Notes: generated by a model from the letters alone, not told the origin. A stretch of 64,000 nt of DNA from Octopus vulgaris (GCA_951406725.2 OX597816.1:108562001-108626000), one strand, 5' to 3'; shown: positions 12,785-27,653, counted from the first letter of the stretch. Made by a program: numbers and translations.

Positions 12785-13311
12785 CAGTGGCGGCTCGTGT
12801 ATAGGCACTGTGGAACTGCAGCACCCCCTATTTCCACTTGATATTATCAATAACATTCAATATAATGAGACCTTTTTTCTTTAATTCTTTCTTAATACTT
12901 GTACATTATATAATCCTTGAGCTTAATGTCAGTAGCCATACCCTAGTTTATGAAAAAATACAAAAATCCTTGTATAGAACTGTGTGCTTCCTAGTCCTAG
13001 CAACGCAATGTTTGGCTGTTGTGCACATACTCACATGTCCGAGATAGGAATCTTCATGCTAGGGAGAGAGAGCACTGTATGAACAACAGTGCCAACCCCA
13101 GTGTTCTGGTGAAAAGTAGAGTTTCTTTTTGTCCCTGCATATGTTGCACTTAAAATTGTTTTTATTTTCTTGAATGTGATAAAACACGAACCGATCATGT
13201 TTATGTATAAATTTTCTTTTCATATCTTTGTTTCCTTTTACACAACATTAAAACAACAGATAAAATTTTCTGAAGCAGCGCCCACCAAATTTTATGTACG
13301 AGCCGACATTG
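12785..13311. mobile_element. Non-autonomous hAT element
   Basis: TIRs cagtggcggctcgt / acgagccgacattg; 8-bp TSD attataat / gttataat. Confidence 0.85.
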
Positions 13312-13489
13312 GTTATAATGTTTTATTTAACACCATTTCAACAACACACCCAAAACAGGTAAATCCAAGATTGTTTTTTGTGTATGTATATATGACACTA
13401 GACATTACAAGCATCAATTTCAAACAGAAAAGACAAACAGGACTACTGACTACGAGCACTTCTTATATTCAAGATAGCATATTGTGTAG

Positions 13490-13920
<431 letters not shown>

Positions 13921-13921
13921 A

Positions 13922-14124
13922 TACTCTTTTACATGTCTCAGTCATTTGACTGTGCCCATGCTGGAGCACCGCCTTTAGGCGAGCAAATCGACCCCAGGAC
14001 TTATTCTTTGTAAGCCTAGTACTTATTCTATCGGTCTCTTTTGCCGAACTGCCAAGTTACGGGGACCTAAACACACCAGCATCAGTTGTCAAGTGATGTT
14101 GGGGGGGATAAACACAGACACACA

Positions 14125-14166
<42 letters not shown>

Positions 14167-14197
14167 ACTGGCTTCTTTCAGTTTCCGTCTACCAAAT
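13922..14197 (-). mobile_element. SINE family A copy lacking its tRNA head
   Basis: Matches 51164-51425, then switches abruptly to unrelated sequence after gtctaccaaat. Confidence 0.85.
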
Positions 14198-14622
14198 TTT
14201 ACTGTCCTGTTCTTGTTACCACATTTTTTTACCCCTCTGCAAAAAATCCCAAATTTTATTTAATTTGCTTTGCGGGAAGGACTGTTTCAATGAAGTTGCG
14301 TCTTGTCCTTACCTTTGAAACGTGGAGTAGCCGAAACAGGGACAACTGAATAAGGGGGATATTCCTTGTGTTGTATGCCTTGTACTCTGTTTTTTTGTTG
14401 TTTGAAAAAAAGTCCATTTCCATGTTTTTGTTTTTATGTTTTCGTTTTTCATTGTGTTCAACGTTTTTTTGGTGTCCTGTACCCATATATGCATGTATTG
14501 GTATGTACATATATGTATGTATATATGCATATGTTTATATATTATTTTGCTATTATATGATCGAACGCTACGCATCCACTTCCAAGTAAGTTTTATCTAT
14601 ATATGCGTGTATATGTATGTGT

Positions 14623-14653
<31 letters not shown>

Positions 14654-15032
14654 AATATATATATATGTTTGTGTATGTGTGTGTATATATATATCTTGGC
14701 AGAAGAGCTGAGGTTTTAATTGCATCAAACTACACACAAGACATGTTTGCAGGTTTACAGTGTGAAGCATACAATTACACTTGGCAGATTTTTGCCAGGG
14801 TCGCTGACATTTCACACAGATGCATAAAGATCAATTAGTTGTGACCTTTCAAGATTTAACCTTTAGTAGAATTCAGTATTAATCCACTGTGAAGATTAGT
14901 GGAATAAAGTATTTGTCTGAAACACTAGCTCTGTCGATGTAGCGTTCTATTCATGCAACATAAATATTGCTTTGATTGATTATGAAGGTATAACTACAGT
15001 GCATTGTAGAAATCATCATTTCTACTGTTTTG

Positions 15033-15325
15033 GTCTATCTTCTATATATATATATATAAAGATGAGAATGTGTGTATGTCAGTGTGTGTAAATCCCTAAA
15101 ACTCGAGAACTACACAACCAATTTTATTCAGATTTTACATATGCCTTACATAGGTTCCATGTAGTGTCATGGGCCAAATAAATTTTCAACTTCTTGTCTA
15201 ATGTGAGCCCAGAGCAATCTCTTTATTTCAGTATTACATGTCAAAAGCGAAACATTAACATCTGTGTATTGGAATGTCAGATACTTTCACTTTAATACTG
15301 AAGCTATTAAAGTGAAACTATTATC
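15033..15325 (+). mobile_element. Helitron-like non-autonomous element, 5' part
   Basis: Begins TCTAT..(TA)nAAAGATGAGAATGTGTGT..., then aaaactcgagaactacacaaccaatttt, a layout typical of invertebrate Helitron 5' ends. Confidence 0.55.
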
Positions 15326-15348
15326 TCATATATACATATATATATATG

Positions 15349-15404
<56 letters not shown>

Positions 15405-15431
15405 TATATATATACACATATATACATATAC

Positions 15432-15462
<31 letters not shown>

Positions 15463-15519
15463 TATATATATACACATATATACATATATATATATATACA
15501 CACACATATATATATACAC

Positions 15520-15574
<55 letters not shown>

Positions 15575-15616
15575 TATCCATCAAATGTAAATAATGTTCT
15601 GATAGTTTTGTTGATA

Positions 15617-16125
15617 GAATAAAAATAGGATGGAGTCAGTTCAGACAGCTATTACCTTCGTTGGCAACAAAAGGCCTCCCTCTTAGGAGTGAAAGGTAGA
15701 TTGTATAATGCTTGTGTACAAATAACTATGCTCCATGAGAGTAAGCCATGGACCCTGATTGTAGAAGTCATGCATAAACTAGAGAGGAATGAAGGTAGTA
15801 TCATCTGATATATATGCAACATCAGGGTGCATGAATAGCAAAGTGCAAATGTCCTGAGAGAAAAGTTGAGCATAAAAGCAATCAGATGTAGGATGCAAGG
15901 GAGAAGATTATGTTGGTTTGGATATGTGGTGCATATGAAGACAGTTGTATAAAGATGTGCTGATCATTTAAAATGGATAGCATCTGTGGAAGAGAGAGAC
16001 CCAGGAAGACATGGGATGAAGTAGTGAAAGCCAATCTCAAGATGTTGGGCCCGACAAAGGAAATGACAATGGACCAAGATGTCTGGCAGTATGAGGTTCT
16101 TGAGAAGACCCACCTACCTCAGTGA
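15617..16125 (+). mobile_element. Decayed RTE LINE, RT C-terminal region (3' UTR and tail continue to ~16930)
   Basis: Frameshifted translation: [74 protein letters not shown]. Confidence 0.9.
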
Positions 16126-17784
16126 AACCGAGTTCTTGAAGTGCTGTGTGTTTGACCCACATACAACATTAAATTTTTTACACACCCCACCTCAATAAAC
16201 CAAACTACATCTACTCTTCATGCACTCCCACTCCTGCAGTCAACCCTGTCTTACTCACCCTGCCAATTCATTGCTATCTCGTCGCCTCCCACTATGTACC
16301 TGGGTTTCACCAGTCACTGTATCCCAGCCCTTTCCCTCTCTTTTTGCATTCACAATCTCCCTATTCACGCACCCTGAGCAATTCTCTACCATCTATTTAT
16401 ATTCACATTCTTGTACCTTAAGAGCATGTCATAGTATATCACCACCATCTCTATCACTCTCTTACTCACACTCTCCTTCACACTCTCTCTCATTCTCACT
16501 CTCCCTTTGACTGGGTTAACCATGTGTTTCCTCTATAGCAAGGAACCTGTTTCCATCCCTGTCATAATCTAACCTATCATCACCTGGTACACAGCCATCT
16601 GCTTCAATACCACCATCACCCACTCTCAATGGATCTTTGCCTTGAAAGTTACTTGGTGATCTTGCCAATGCTGGAGCCACAAAAAAAGCATCCAGTCTAC
16701 ACTGTAAAGTGGTTGGCATTTAGAAGGGCATCCAGCTGTAAAAACCATGCAAAGCAGGACTTGTCAGAGCTGGTGCCACTTAAAAAACACCCAGTCTACT
16801 CTGTAAAGTGGTTGGCCTTAGGAAGGACATCCATGCCAAAGAAGACAGTGGTGCTTGATGCGGTCCTCTTGCTTACAAGCTCCTGTCAAACAATCCAGCC
16901 CATGCCAGAATGGAAGACAGACATTAAATGATGACATATTGTGTATGGGCACAGATATGGTTGTGTAGATAAGATGTGCACTTCACAACCACATGGTTTT
17001 GAGTTCAATCCTACTCATGGCAACTTTAACTTCTGCTATAGCTTCAGACTAACTGATACCTATTGAGTGAAATTTGATGGTTGGAAACTTAAAAAAAAAA
17101 CACACACACACACACAAAGAGAGAGAGAGAGAGAGACTGTGTGTGTGTGTCTTTCTCTCACTCCAATTAACACAACTTTAGCAGCAATGGCAATATTTAT
17201 GTCCCGCATAAACAAGAGAGAAAGTGTGTGAATTTCTCTCTCTCTCACTTCAATTAACACAACTTTAGCAGCCAAAGCAATGTTTGTGTCCTGCATAAGC
17301 AAAAAAGTTTCAGAGTTTGATGTTTCAACAAGTAAAGAATAAAGTAGTTTACTTGAAACAAATAAGGATTGCACCAGAAAGGTCATATTGCAGTAGGCTA
17401 CCACTGTAAGACGTCTTGGCCAACTCATGTTAACATGAAATAAATGAATACAGAAAACAGTAATGAAACGTATCTGTTTTATGGTTTGCTTAGAGAAGGA
17501 AGGCGAACATCCATAACCTATCAACAGGTCTGCAAGACAGATAGGAAGAAAAGGGGAGAGAGAGAAAGGCAGACCAGATTTGAATGCTTGCAACAGAATT
17601 GACTACTGAAGGTACCCAAGGACCAGCTGGTCTTTGTCATGTGTACCTTCTGTTTATAAGCTTTGAGATATCTATGTCTAACATTTAATAGACATGTGCT
17701 TGCTCTATTCAAACAGTTGGCAGTAATTCTGACTATGCTGTTTATTCTATCTCAATATTTATATATGGATATATACTTAAAGAA

Positions 17785-17842
<58 letters not shown>

Positions 17843-18183
17843 AGAGAAATGAACATTTTTTTCTTTAAAATAATAAAAACATGGTGAAAAAGCTGTCGAC
17901 GTATACACAGAAGCATCAGTAATATAGGTACGACTAACTGACAATGCCGAAGGTTTGCAATAGTGAAACAGTTACTAGACAGAGAAAAGCAGAGCTGCAC
18001 TTCTGATCCTTACATGTTTTCTAAGACTTATAAGGCTAATATAGTTCATGTACATCTTGAAACAGCTGCAATACTCTAGGAAAGAGCAAAATGGGAATTC
18101 CAAAACGTTGATCATTCTAAGGAAAGATTGGGCAAAATCATATGATAATTCATTCCAAAAGTCATGGATGCTGTCTTACTCAC

Positions 18184-18259
18184 TGTGATAATAGGTTTTC
18201 ATTCTCAACTTTTAATCTCTCGAGTTCTGTATTAATGTCTCCAAGTTGGTTCGATAAAT
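18184..18259 (-). CDS. Internal exon E (76 nt, phase 1-2) of coiled-coil gene
   Basis: ttttccctgatag|AT TTA TCG...TCA CA|gtgagt. Encodes (D)LSNQLGDINTELERLKVENENLLS; CA+G gives Gln with the next exon. Confidence 0.9.
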
Positions 18260-18414
18260 CTATCAGGGAAAAACAAAACAAAAAAGGTGAAATTAAATAG
18301 ATCAAATGATGAGCTGTTTAACATTCAGGTTTCTTAGTCAAATATTTTGCTTATTGATTCACACTGTTTTGAATTAATCAAAATTATTTTTTGCAACTTC
18401 AAGACTTCAAAGGA

Positions 18415-18700
18415 ATTCTTTTACTTGTTTCAGTCATTTGACTGTGGCCGTGCTGGAGCACCACCTTTGTAAGCCTAGTACTTATTCTATTGAGCCCTTT
18501 AGCTGAACTGCTAAGTTACGGGGATGTAAACACACAAACATCAGTTATCAAGCGATGGTGGGAAAAGAAACAGATGCACAAACATACATATATATATGTA
18601 TATACGACAGGCTTCTTTCAGTTTCCGTCTCCTAAATCCACTCACAAGGCTTTGGTCGGCCCAAAGCTATAGTAGGATACTTGCTCAAGGTGCCACTCCT
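18415..18700 (-). mobile_element. SINE family A copy with internal deletions
   Basis: Matches the family A 3' end and core. Confidence 0.8.
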
Positions 18701-19621
18701 GTTGTATATTTTTAGAATAACAATGACTAATAAACAAAACTGGCTCCAGCATGGAGATTAACCAAAGCTTTATGAGTGAATTTTGCAGGTGAAAACTGAA
18801 AGAAGCCGATCATATATATGTATGTGAATATATATATATATATTTGTATGTATTCCTGTCAAGACATATGTGATGGTTGTAGATGATCATCACCATTATA
18901 TAAGCAAGGTTTTTCATTTTCAGTCTTCTATGAAGAACATACCTAACCATAGGAAAATATTACCTTGCTTGGAAGATAAGAACATATGAAAACTATATTA
19001 GACATTTTTTTTTTTGCCCCAATAACGAATATGAGGTTTAGATCTTTTCATTCTCACACTGGTGACCACAGTATCAATTATCATTTACATTAAAGAAACT
19101 TCAGTTAATTCATAACATCAAGAATGTGTTCAACTGTAAAAACAAGATGCAACAATTTTTAGTACATTTTACTTTTTTTTTTTTTTTACCCAGGAGAAAC
19201 AGTTTTAACTGTTCGAAATTATTGTAATTTAAGTATATCATTAGTATACATCTAATAAGCTGATCTGCCAACTTCTTTTATTCCAAATTGAAGGAAATGG
19301 CTGTAAGAACACTTGTCACAGCTGACTAGTTTACAGAATGAAGTCGGGATATTTGGAAGCTCACTATGCAAAAATTGTACATGCTGTCTTAAAGTGGGAA
19401 AGGGTATATTAGATGTGGTCTTGAAAATAGTATAATTAGGAAAAGATCGAATGGCCATGGCTGGAATGCTTTAGATTCACTAGGCTGTTCAATCAGGGCT
19501 GAATCGGGTTAAATAACATGAACAACAACTAACAAGAAGTGCAAATAGAAGAAAAGTTCTACAACATTAACAGAAGAATGAATAAGAGACAGAACATTTT
19601 TATAGAAGAAATGTTATTTAC

Positions 19622-19722
19622 CATTTACATTCTGAGAAGATTCTTCCTTGTCCACAAGACGAAGATAAGCTTCCTTCAGTTGTTTGTATTCTACTAGTAA
19701 GTCTTTATGAGAAGCATTTAAC
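19622..19722 (-). CDS. Internal exon D (101 nt, phase 2-1) of coiled-coil gene
   Basis: atttgcag|G TTA AAT...AAT G|gtaaat. Encodes LNASHKDLLVEYKQLKEAYLRLVDKEESSQNVN; G+AT gives Asp with the next exon. Confidence 0.9.
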
Positions 19723-19839
19723 CTGCAAATATTCAATGTCAGTGAATGTTTAGAGCAGCTACAGTTCATCAATTATCAAAACACAACATATTTTCTGGTA
19801 CATAAGTCGATGTATATAGTGTAAGCATATAATGGAAAC

Positions 19840-20210
19840 ATGGTGATCGTTGCCAGAGCGGCTAACTGGCGTCCGTGCTGGTGGCACATAAAAAGCACCA
19901 TTCAAGCATGATCGTTACCAGCGTTGCCTTACTAGCACCTGTGCTGGTGTGCAGGTGGCACGTAAAAAAAAAACGCTATTTGGGTGTGGCCATTGACAGT
20001 ACTGTCTGACTGGCCCTCGTGCCAGTGGCATGTAAAAGCACCCACTACACTCTCGGAGTGGTTGGCGTTAGGAAGGGCATCCAGCTATAGAAACTATGCC
20101 AGATCAAAATTGGAGCCTGGTGCAACAATCTGGTTCACCAGTCCTCAGCCAAATCATCCAACCCATGCTAGCATGGAAAGCGGACATTAAACGATGATGA
20201 TGATGATGAT
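19840..20210 (+). mobile_element. RTE-associated element with three divergent double-hairpin units and (GAT)n tail
   Basis: gccag..ctggc / gtgc.ggtggcac.taaaa units, then cactacactctcggagtggttggcgttaggaagggcatcc and ccatgctagcatgg. Confidence 0.85.
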
Positions 20211-22164
20211 TCAAAGCTCATTGGTCTTTCCAAGTCCTGCTGTATTTCACAGGGAAATTTGAAAAATTAGACATGTATACTAGGAAATATGGTACACACA
20301 TGTTTGAGAAGGACATGATGGCTTTCTTTCAATGAGCAGCTGATAAATTTGAAAGGTAAACTTGATAACTTGTTTAATATGATTGCAGATCATGCAATTA
20401 GACAAATAGGAAAGGTCACAACCAAGAATAATTTGGAAAATCTTGGGATCTGCAATTTTTGGTGAACCAAATAGATGCAAATAAAATGTGTTTGGACAGA
20501 ATGGATAAAAACTGATTTCATAAAACACAAAAGTACAAAAAAAAAATTATCAACAGTGTAAAGTAAATGAAAAACAGGTAGACATTTTGACAATTCAACT
20601 TTAGTAAAAAATTCCTTCATCTTGCCCATCCAACTTATCTAAATTACTAACACATTTGGATAAATCTATGAGGAACCTTAAATATTTCGGTTAGAAAAAA
20701 GGTTGAATATTTGAATTTTCCCCCTTTTCCATATGGCACTTCTAAGAAAGTTGCAAAAAAAACCCAAAAAAACAAGAAGTGGGGGGGGTCAAAGATATTA
20801 ATGATAGCTTTTGATAGTTCATCATTTCCAGTCATACATTGGGACACAAATCTCATACAAGATTCAAAGTGAAAACCAAAACCAACAGAAAAACTGACTA
20901 TGATTGCCTCATGGTTGCCCAAAGCAAAAGGAAGTATATTTGGGGGCAAATTTATAGCTGAAAATGCAAGTGATACTATACAGGCAAGAGAAATACATGA
21001 ATCATTGCAGGAATGCCACACAGAAAAAAAAAATTATGAGTTTAGTTTACAAGTCCATGACAACACAATAATATCTGTAAGCATCTTGAGGAATGACCTA
21101 AAAGAAAACTCCTTTGGTTCACTAGTAGGCACCAACTTATGAAAGGATTTGAAACAGTGGGTATATCAAAGTATTTCATAGAATACCTCCTGAAAATCAA
21201 GCATTTGGTATGTTCTTTCAATTAAGTGAAAAAAACAAATGAAATGAAATCATACCCAGTATTGCACATAAAGACTAGTATGTGTTGTAGTAGCAATTGG
21301 ATATTTTGTGGCATTAAGATTGTTCCCACTTATTAAAAACAGAATATATTATTTTGATTTTATAGGCCATAGCCCAAAAATTTGATCTAGGTCATATGCC
21401 TTGATGAAGGTTAAATCTAATTCATATTTATGAAAAATTTCATGGTTATTTAAAAAAGAAAAACTTTTATAAGCAATTTACAATACATGAAAGGTATTTT
21501 CCTTCTGCACAAAATGCAACAGAATAAAAAATAATAAAAGTTATAGATCAAAAAGGTTTTTAAAAACCTGATAAAACAGGAAAATCAAAACTTCAACCCT
21601 CTCTCTATCAGGAACCTAAATATTGATCAGATAACTTGATATTTGACTTACATAGGTTTCTGGTGATTTATAAGTAGCTGGAAAATAAAATAACTAAAAT
21701 TCCAAAACTTATTGTTAAATGGCACACCCAATTGATTACATATCACGATTAAATTCCACTTTCATTGCTCTATTTTTTTTTTCAAAGTTTGACATAAGTC
21801 CTTGGATCTATGCAATCAACTATAGACTAGAAGGTGAAGCTTCAATATGACCATAGTTCAGTGAATGACCAATAAAGGATTAAAAATAATTATAAAGTAC
21901 AGAATTGAAATTTTATATAGAGCTCAATATATCATTTTATCTGCAACATTATTATCATCATCGTTTTAATGTCCACTTTTCCCTGATTGCATGGGTCAGA
22001 AGATGCTTATTGGAGCAAATTTTCTACAGCTAGATGCTCTTCGGCTCTTCCCGTCACCAAGCCTCAACTGTTTCCAAGCAAGGTAATATTTCCTTATCTT
22101 TTCAAAGAATATTGGAAATAAATAAATAACACTGCTTGTATGACAGTGACAATCATTGTACAAA

Positions 22165-22305
22165 GGCAGCGAGCTGGCAGATTTGTTAGCATGCCAGGTG
22201 AAATGCTTAGCAGTATTTCGTCTGTCGCCACATTCTGAGTTCAAATTCCGGAGAGGTCAACTTTGCCTTTCATCCTTTTGGGATCGATACATTAAGTACC
22301 AGCCA
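22165..22305 (+). mobile_element. tRNA-derived SINE family B with a core resembling the Meta domain (other copies ~10530-10745, 42865-43080, 57020-57270, 57600-57860, 63163-63590)
   Basis: ggcagcgagctggcag head, gagttcaaattcc B-box, core ggtcaactttgcctttcatcctttt-gggatcgata..aagtaccag. The Meta assignment is from memory. Confidence 0.8.
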
Positions 22306-23229
22306 ATCTAATCAGCTGCTCATGACTCCAGTCTGAATGGCATGGTTTTCTACAGCTGGATGCCCTTCCTAACACCAACCACTCCAAGAGTGTAATGGGT
22401 GCTTTTATGTACCACCACCATGGGTACCATTTGTGTGACAACAGCATCTACCACAACTGCGATTTTGCTTGGCTTGATGAGTCTTCTTCTCAAGCATGAT
22501 ATAATGCCAAAGGTCTCAGTCATTGCCTCTGTGAGGCCCAACACTCGAAAGAAGCTCAGCCACATTGGCTGCTTTAAAGAATCCATCTTATTAAGTTGGC
22601 ACTCAAAATACCAAGCTATTAATAAAAAAGTTGTTTTAGTGAACCAATTAAATCTATTGGTTATTTTTAAAAGTAATTTGAAGTATATGGGCATTATATT
22701 GGGTGAAAAATATAGCTGGGAAACAAGAAGTGAATGGATTTGGTAGATAGAAACTCTATGAAAGTCTGCTATATCTATGTCTGTGCGTGTCTTTGTGTCT
22801 GTTTGCCAGCCCACCTAGTGTTGGGTTATGTCCCCACAACTTAGTGGTTTGACAAACAGAGACTGATAGGAACAAGTACAAGACTTAATAAAAACGTAAG
22901 TACTGGAGTTGATTTGTTAAACTGAAACTCTTGAAGGTGGTGTTCCAGCATGACTGCATTTCAATGACTGAAACAAGTGCAAGATAAATTATAAATATAC
23001 ACACAAACTCACTCACACATACACACACGCATGTATGTGCGTGCACACACACTTACACATACAGACAGAAGCGCAAACACACACAGACACACACACAATT
23101 ATTTCACAAGTGATTCACACAACTCTGATACTGTTGCATTCCTGTGGAATTCATCAGAGAGTAGAGTAGCTGTGCATGTTTTCCCAGTAAATTTGTCAAT
23201 GTACAAGTGCAATAAAAGACCAGTTCTTA

Positions 23230-23705
23230 ACTGACACCATGCAAATAAGGGAGCCTCTTGACATAGTTGCTTTACATGCTAATCACACCCTACCAACTTA
23301 AGAAAAAAAAAGGCAGGGATAGTCATAACTAAACACTTCTCTCATAACTGTGCTCAGCAAAAGCCGATCTGAAATTAAACAACCAGCTAGTTAAGGGGAA
23401 GCCTTTATGTAGTTGCTCAAACAGATAGAAATAGCAGCCAAAGATAAAAGACAGGATGGTCATAGTTGGTATGCTTTTCATCATAGGTCAGCTCAGTCAG
23501 AATCGAGTGGGGTTAAACAACAACAAAAATGACAAACATAATCTAACGAGGCCTCTAACTAGTTACATGACCTGCTAAAAATAGTAGCTAAGTCTCTTGA
23601 ATTATACATATTGGATAATACAATGTGAAGTCTATAGGATGCTGGTGAATAGAATGGCTTTAATTATAGGCCCGTTTGATCAAGTGTTATCAGCCTAAAC
23701 AACAA
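23230..23705 (+). repeat. Head-to-tail copies of old interspersed repeat family E (also ~2720-2925, 6920-7110, 34010-34165, 36185-36400, 46355-47010, 58315-58555)
   Basis: Recurring motifs agaaatagcagccaaa, ggatggtcat.gctggaatgc.tttgatcatagg and ggggttaaacaacaac. Confidence 0.7.
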
Positions 23706-24021
23706 GGAGAGCAAACTCATCATTTTGATGTATACTTTGCCATGTTTGCTTCAATCAAATGAAATTCACTGAGGCATATTTTCTGTAGTTGGATGCTCTT
23801 CCCCTATGTCAGTGAAGCTTGTTAACAATTAGTGTGCAGTGTCAAGACAAGAAGACATGAATGCATGCATGTATGTAACACACACAATTGGTTTCTTTCA
23901 GCTTCTGTCTATTAAATCTACTCACAAGGTTTTAGTTGGCCCGGAGCTATGAAAAAGGACACTTGCTCAAGTGTCTTGCTATGGGACTGGACCAGAAAAC
24001 AAACCTCTTGAAGCAAATCAC

Positions 24022-24245
24022 TTAACCTTTAAGCATTTAAACCAGCTATATCCAGGCTGAATATTCTACCTGTTTTATGTTCAAACTAGCCAGATTTGGC
24101 CTTTCACACTTACCCTATCATGTCATTCTAAAATAAATAATCACATCATGGAAGTCACAAAGCTATGAGATAACGTATGATTAATTTAAAATAATGCAAA
24201 TAAATAAGCATTATAGTTGACAGTAATCTGAATACTAAAGGGTTA
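24022..24245 (+). mobile_element. piggyBac-like MITE family F (other copies ~29805-30033, 30215-30760, 33831-33995, 39629-39853, 52354-52790, 61840-63000)
   Basis: Ends ttaacc(c)tttagcatt ... aat(g/a)ctaaagggtta form TIRs beside TTAA; conserved ~220-bp body. Confidence 0.75.
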
Positions 24246-25049
24246 GACACACTGCCATGCCTGTACCTACCAAGAACACACATGCATACGTAGTCACCTT
24301 TGGCCAGGATTGACCATGCATCAGCATTTATATGCACAGGCTCAGGAAAGGTATTTTGCATTCAAGCCACCCATGTTATCCAAGGATAAAAACTACTACA
24401 TCAGACCCAATACAGCTTGGTGCCAGTATCGCCCTTCTGGGATGCAGATAGCTGCAACAGATACAGAAAATTATCTTGCCCACTGCTCTAACACTTCTAC
24501 CAATCAATTTCTCTAGATTGCTTCTTTTTTAACGTCCCAAAAAGGATGAAGGGTAAAGCTGACCACAGCCGGGTTTGAACTCTGGGAGAAGTGTCAGAAC
24601 AAACAACATGAGTCATTCAACTCACCACTATAACAACTCTACCAAATCTCTCGAAACACACATGAAACTGTTGAAATTGCAATAAATAATCTTGATGACG
24701 ATGATGATGACAATGATGATGATCAAAAAAATCGCAATTTCTGAGGGAGTGGGACACTGAATTAAATAAATTCTAATATGTAACTACTGGTACTTATTTC
24801 ATTGACACCAAGCTGGATGAAAAGCACAGTTGACCTCAGCAGTATTTAATCAAGATTAGGAGATGCATTAGACACACAGCAGTTGTTAACCTAGACATTC
24901 CTTCACAGTAACACTAAATCTGTTGACATACACATGGAATTTATTAAATACTCGTATTCAAATTTTCTTCATATATGGAATACATACATACATATATATA
25001 TATATATACACACACACAAATCACATGATTTTGACCTTCCCTGGTCCCA

Positions 25050-25080
<31 letters not shown>

Positions 25081-27143
25081 TACACATACAGATACATATA
25101 TACATACATAAACTATATATGCACACACACATGCATATATATATACATACATGTATATGAAGATATAGATGTAAACAAATATTCATAACATATACACACA
25201 TGTGCTTGACTGTGATAGTCATTGTATACAAATATGTGGCTCCATCTGCAAATACTATTCATAACTGATTAAAAGCATGTAGAAACTCTACCAGAGTAAC
25301 AACAGCTGCATCATATTGAACAAGTTTTGGCTAAACACACACCACAGCCATTGCGATGTGTCTTTCTTTAACAACCGCTGAGAATCACAATTGGCCATCT
25401 GAACAAATATTGACAAATCTTAGAGGAATTCTTCATTCATATCCCAAATCTAACACATTAACAAAGAAATAAGTAGAATAAAAAAAAAAAAACAATACTA
25501 CAAAAAAGAAGAGAAATATATCTAATTCTCAATTGCCATTTCTTGAGACTTGTTCTACAAGATCATAGAAAACCAAGAATAACATATTTAAAAAAAGTTT
25601 TTTAACTGTGAATTTTAATGAGCAAGGAGGGTGTGAGTATGCATTTGTGTGTGTTTGTTTCCATACAAACCCGCATGTGCACATGCACACACACACACAC
25701 ACACAATATTTGTTCTTTTTATTGTAATTTTTTTATTCAGAGATGGTTGTTCAACATCATTATTTTTCCTTATTACCTACTGTCCTAGTATGAATTTTTT
25801 TTTTTTTGTATTAAAAATTTTAAACTGATAAATTTGCTATAACTTTCATAAATTAAAATCAAAACCCTGAAAAGAATTTGAGGACAAAATTCGAAGTTCA
25901 TTAAAGCCCCAAGTTTGAATTTAAATTATAACATTTAAATTAAGTGCTTATTTAAATTTCATCATTAGTTAAACATCTGTTTTTCTATACTAAAATAAGT
26001 TTAGACAGTCAGTTACTTGAGGCAAGATTTTACAGCCAGATGCCCACCAACCCTGACCAATTTTCCAGATAACGGGTTCATTTATTCCACAGGTTTTCAA
26101 AAGCAGAGAGCACTGGTCACAATATCAATAAGGAATGTCAGTCTCAATGCTGCTTCATTCAAGTGGTGACAGCATGGAATATAAACATACATACCACGTG
26201 TGGCTTTCTACAGTTTCTGTCCACCAAATTCCCTTTGCATGGCATTGGTCAGCCCAGGGCTATCATGGAAAACACATACCCATGATTCCACACAGCAAAG
26301 CCAAACCTCAAAACCACATGGCTTTTAAGCAAACTTCTTAACCATACAGCCACACATGGACCTAATTTGATGTTGATGACAATTACAATCTGAAGTATAC
26401 TTTTCAAATTTAGTTTTCAACTATTGTGCTTTGTTTGTTTTCATATGTTGAGAAGGTTACTGTGACGTGATTCAAAAAATATTGTTGTGACCAAGAAAGA
26501 CAAGTAAATAAGATTAACCTACAAACATAAAACTTTATACATACACACACATACCTCTTTCTCTTTCTATGTACGTATGCATGTATAGTCTGATAAAAAG
26601 TGACAGGAAAATAATTTGAATTAGATATTTCCCTGTTCATTTTGTATGTCTAAATGAATGTCTATTTCTATAAGCGTGTGTGTGTGAGTATGCAGCAACT
26701 TATTTTAACTGTTTTATTATTATTCAATTACCCATGATAGCATGAAGATGATAGCTTTTGAAAACTGAGATGAATTTAAATAGGAATACAGACAACAGAG
26801 TTTAAAGGGCATCCTGATACTAGCCAAATCATCAGAGGTTCCTAACATATTATTGGTACCATGCAGCGTCCATAGCTGAGGTACCTCACACTCAATAACC
26901 CCAGAGTAATATAGCTGACTATAATAAAACTGTAAAATGTTTTATTGCAGCAACACTGTATTATTGACCGAGATGAATTCCTCCCATTGGTATGTCTAAA
27001 GGATCTCAACAGCTGAAATCCTGCAACTGAAAACAGTAAAATAAGGCTGAATAACAGAAGAATTTTTCCTCTGATATACTTAATGCAGCAATAACTGTAA
27101 TCAAGAACTGGTCAAACAGATGCCACTAGTTCTTCAAAGTATC

Positions 27144-27217
<74 letters not shown>

Positions 27218-27589
27218 AATTATCATTTAGCAGAAGCAACAGTATAACACAAGGGCCAAGAGTTTTGTGTGTTAGCACTAATCAACCTATATTTGAAAAA
27301 TATGAATTATTTTTGTGACATTATAATTGCTTTTATAATTTGTTCCAGAAATATTCAAGGAAATACTATTATCACTGGTACATAAGTTTAAACCCCCCTA
27401 AACAAGTTTGATAAGTGCTAACACATGAAACTCTCAGCCCCTGAGCCACTCTGTTGCTTCTGCTAAATATCAATATATATATGATGATATATATATATAT
27501 ATATATATGTATATTACATTCATGTTTTGAGTTCTCTTTTTCTTGTTTGACTTTGACATACATACATACATGTGTGTGTATATATATAT

Positions 27590-27653
<64 letters not shown>

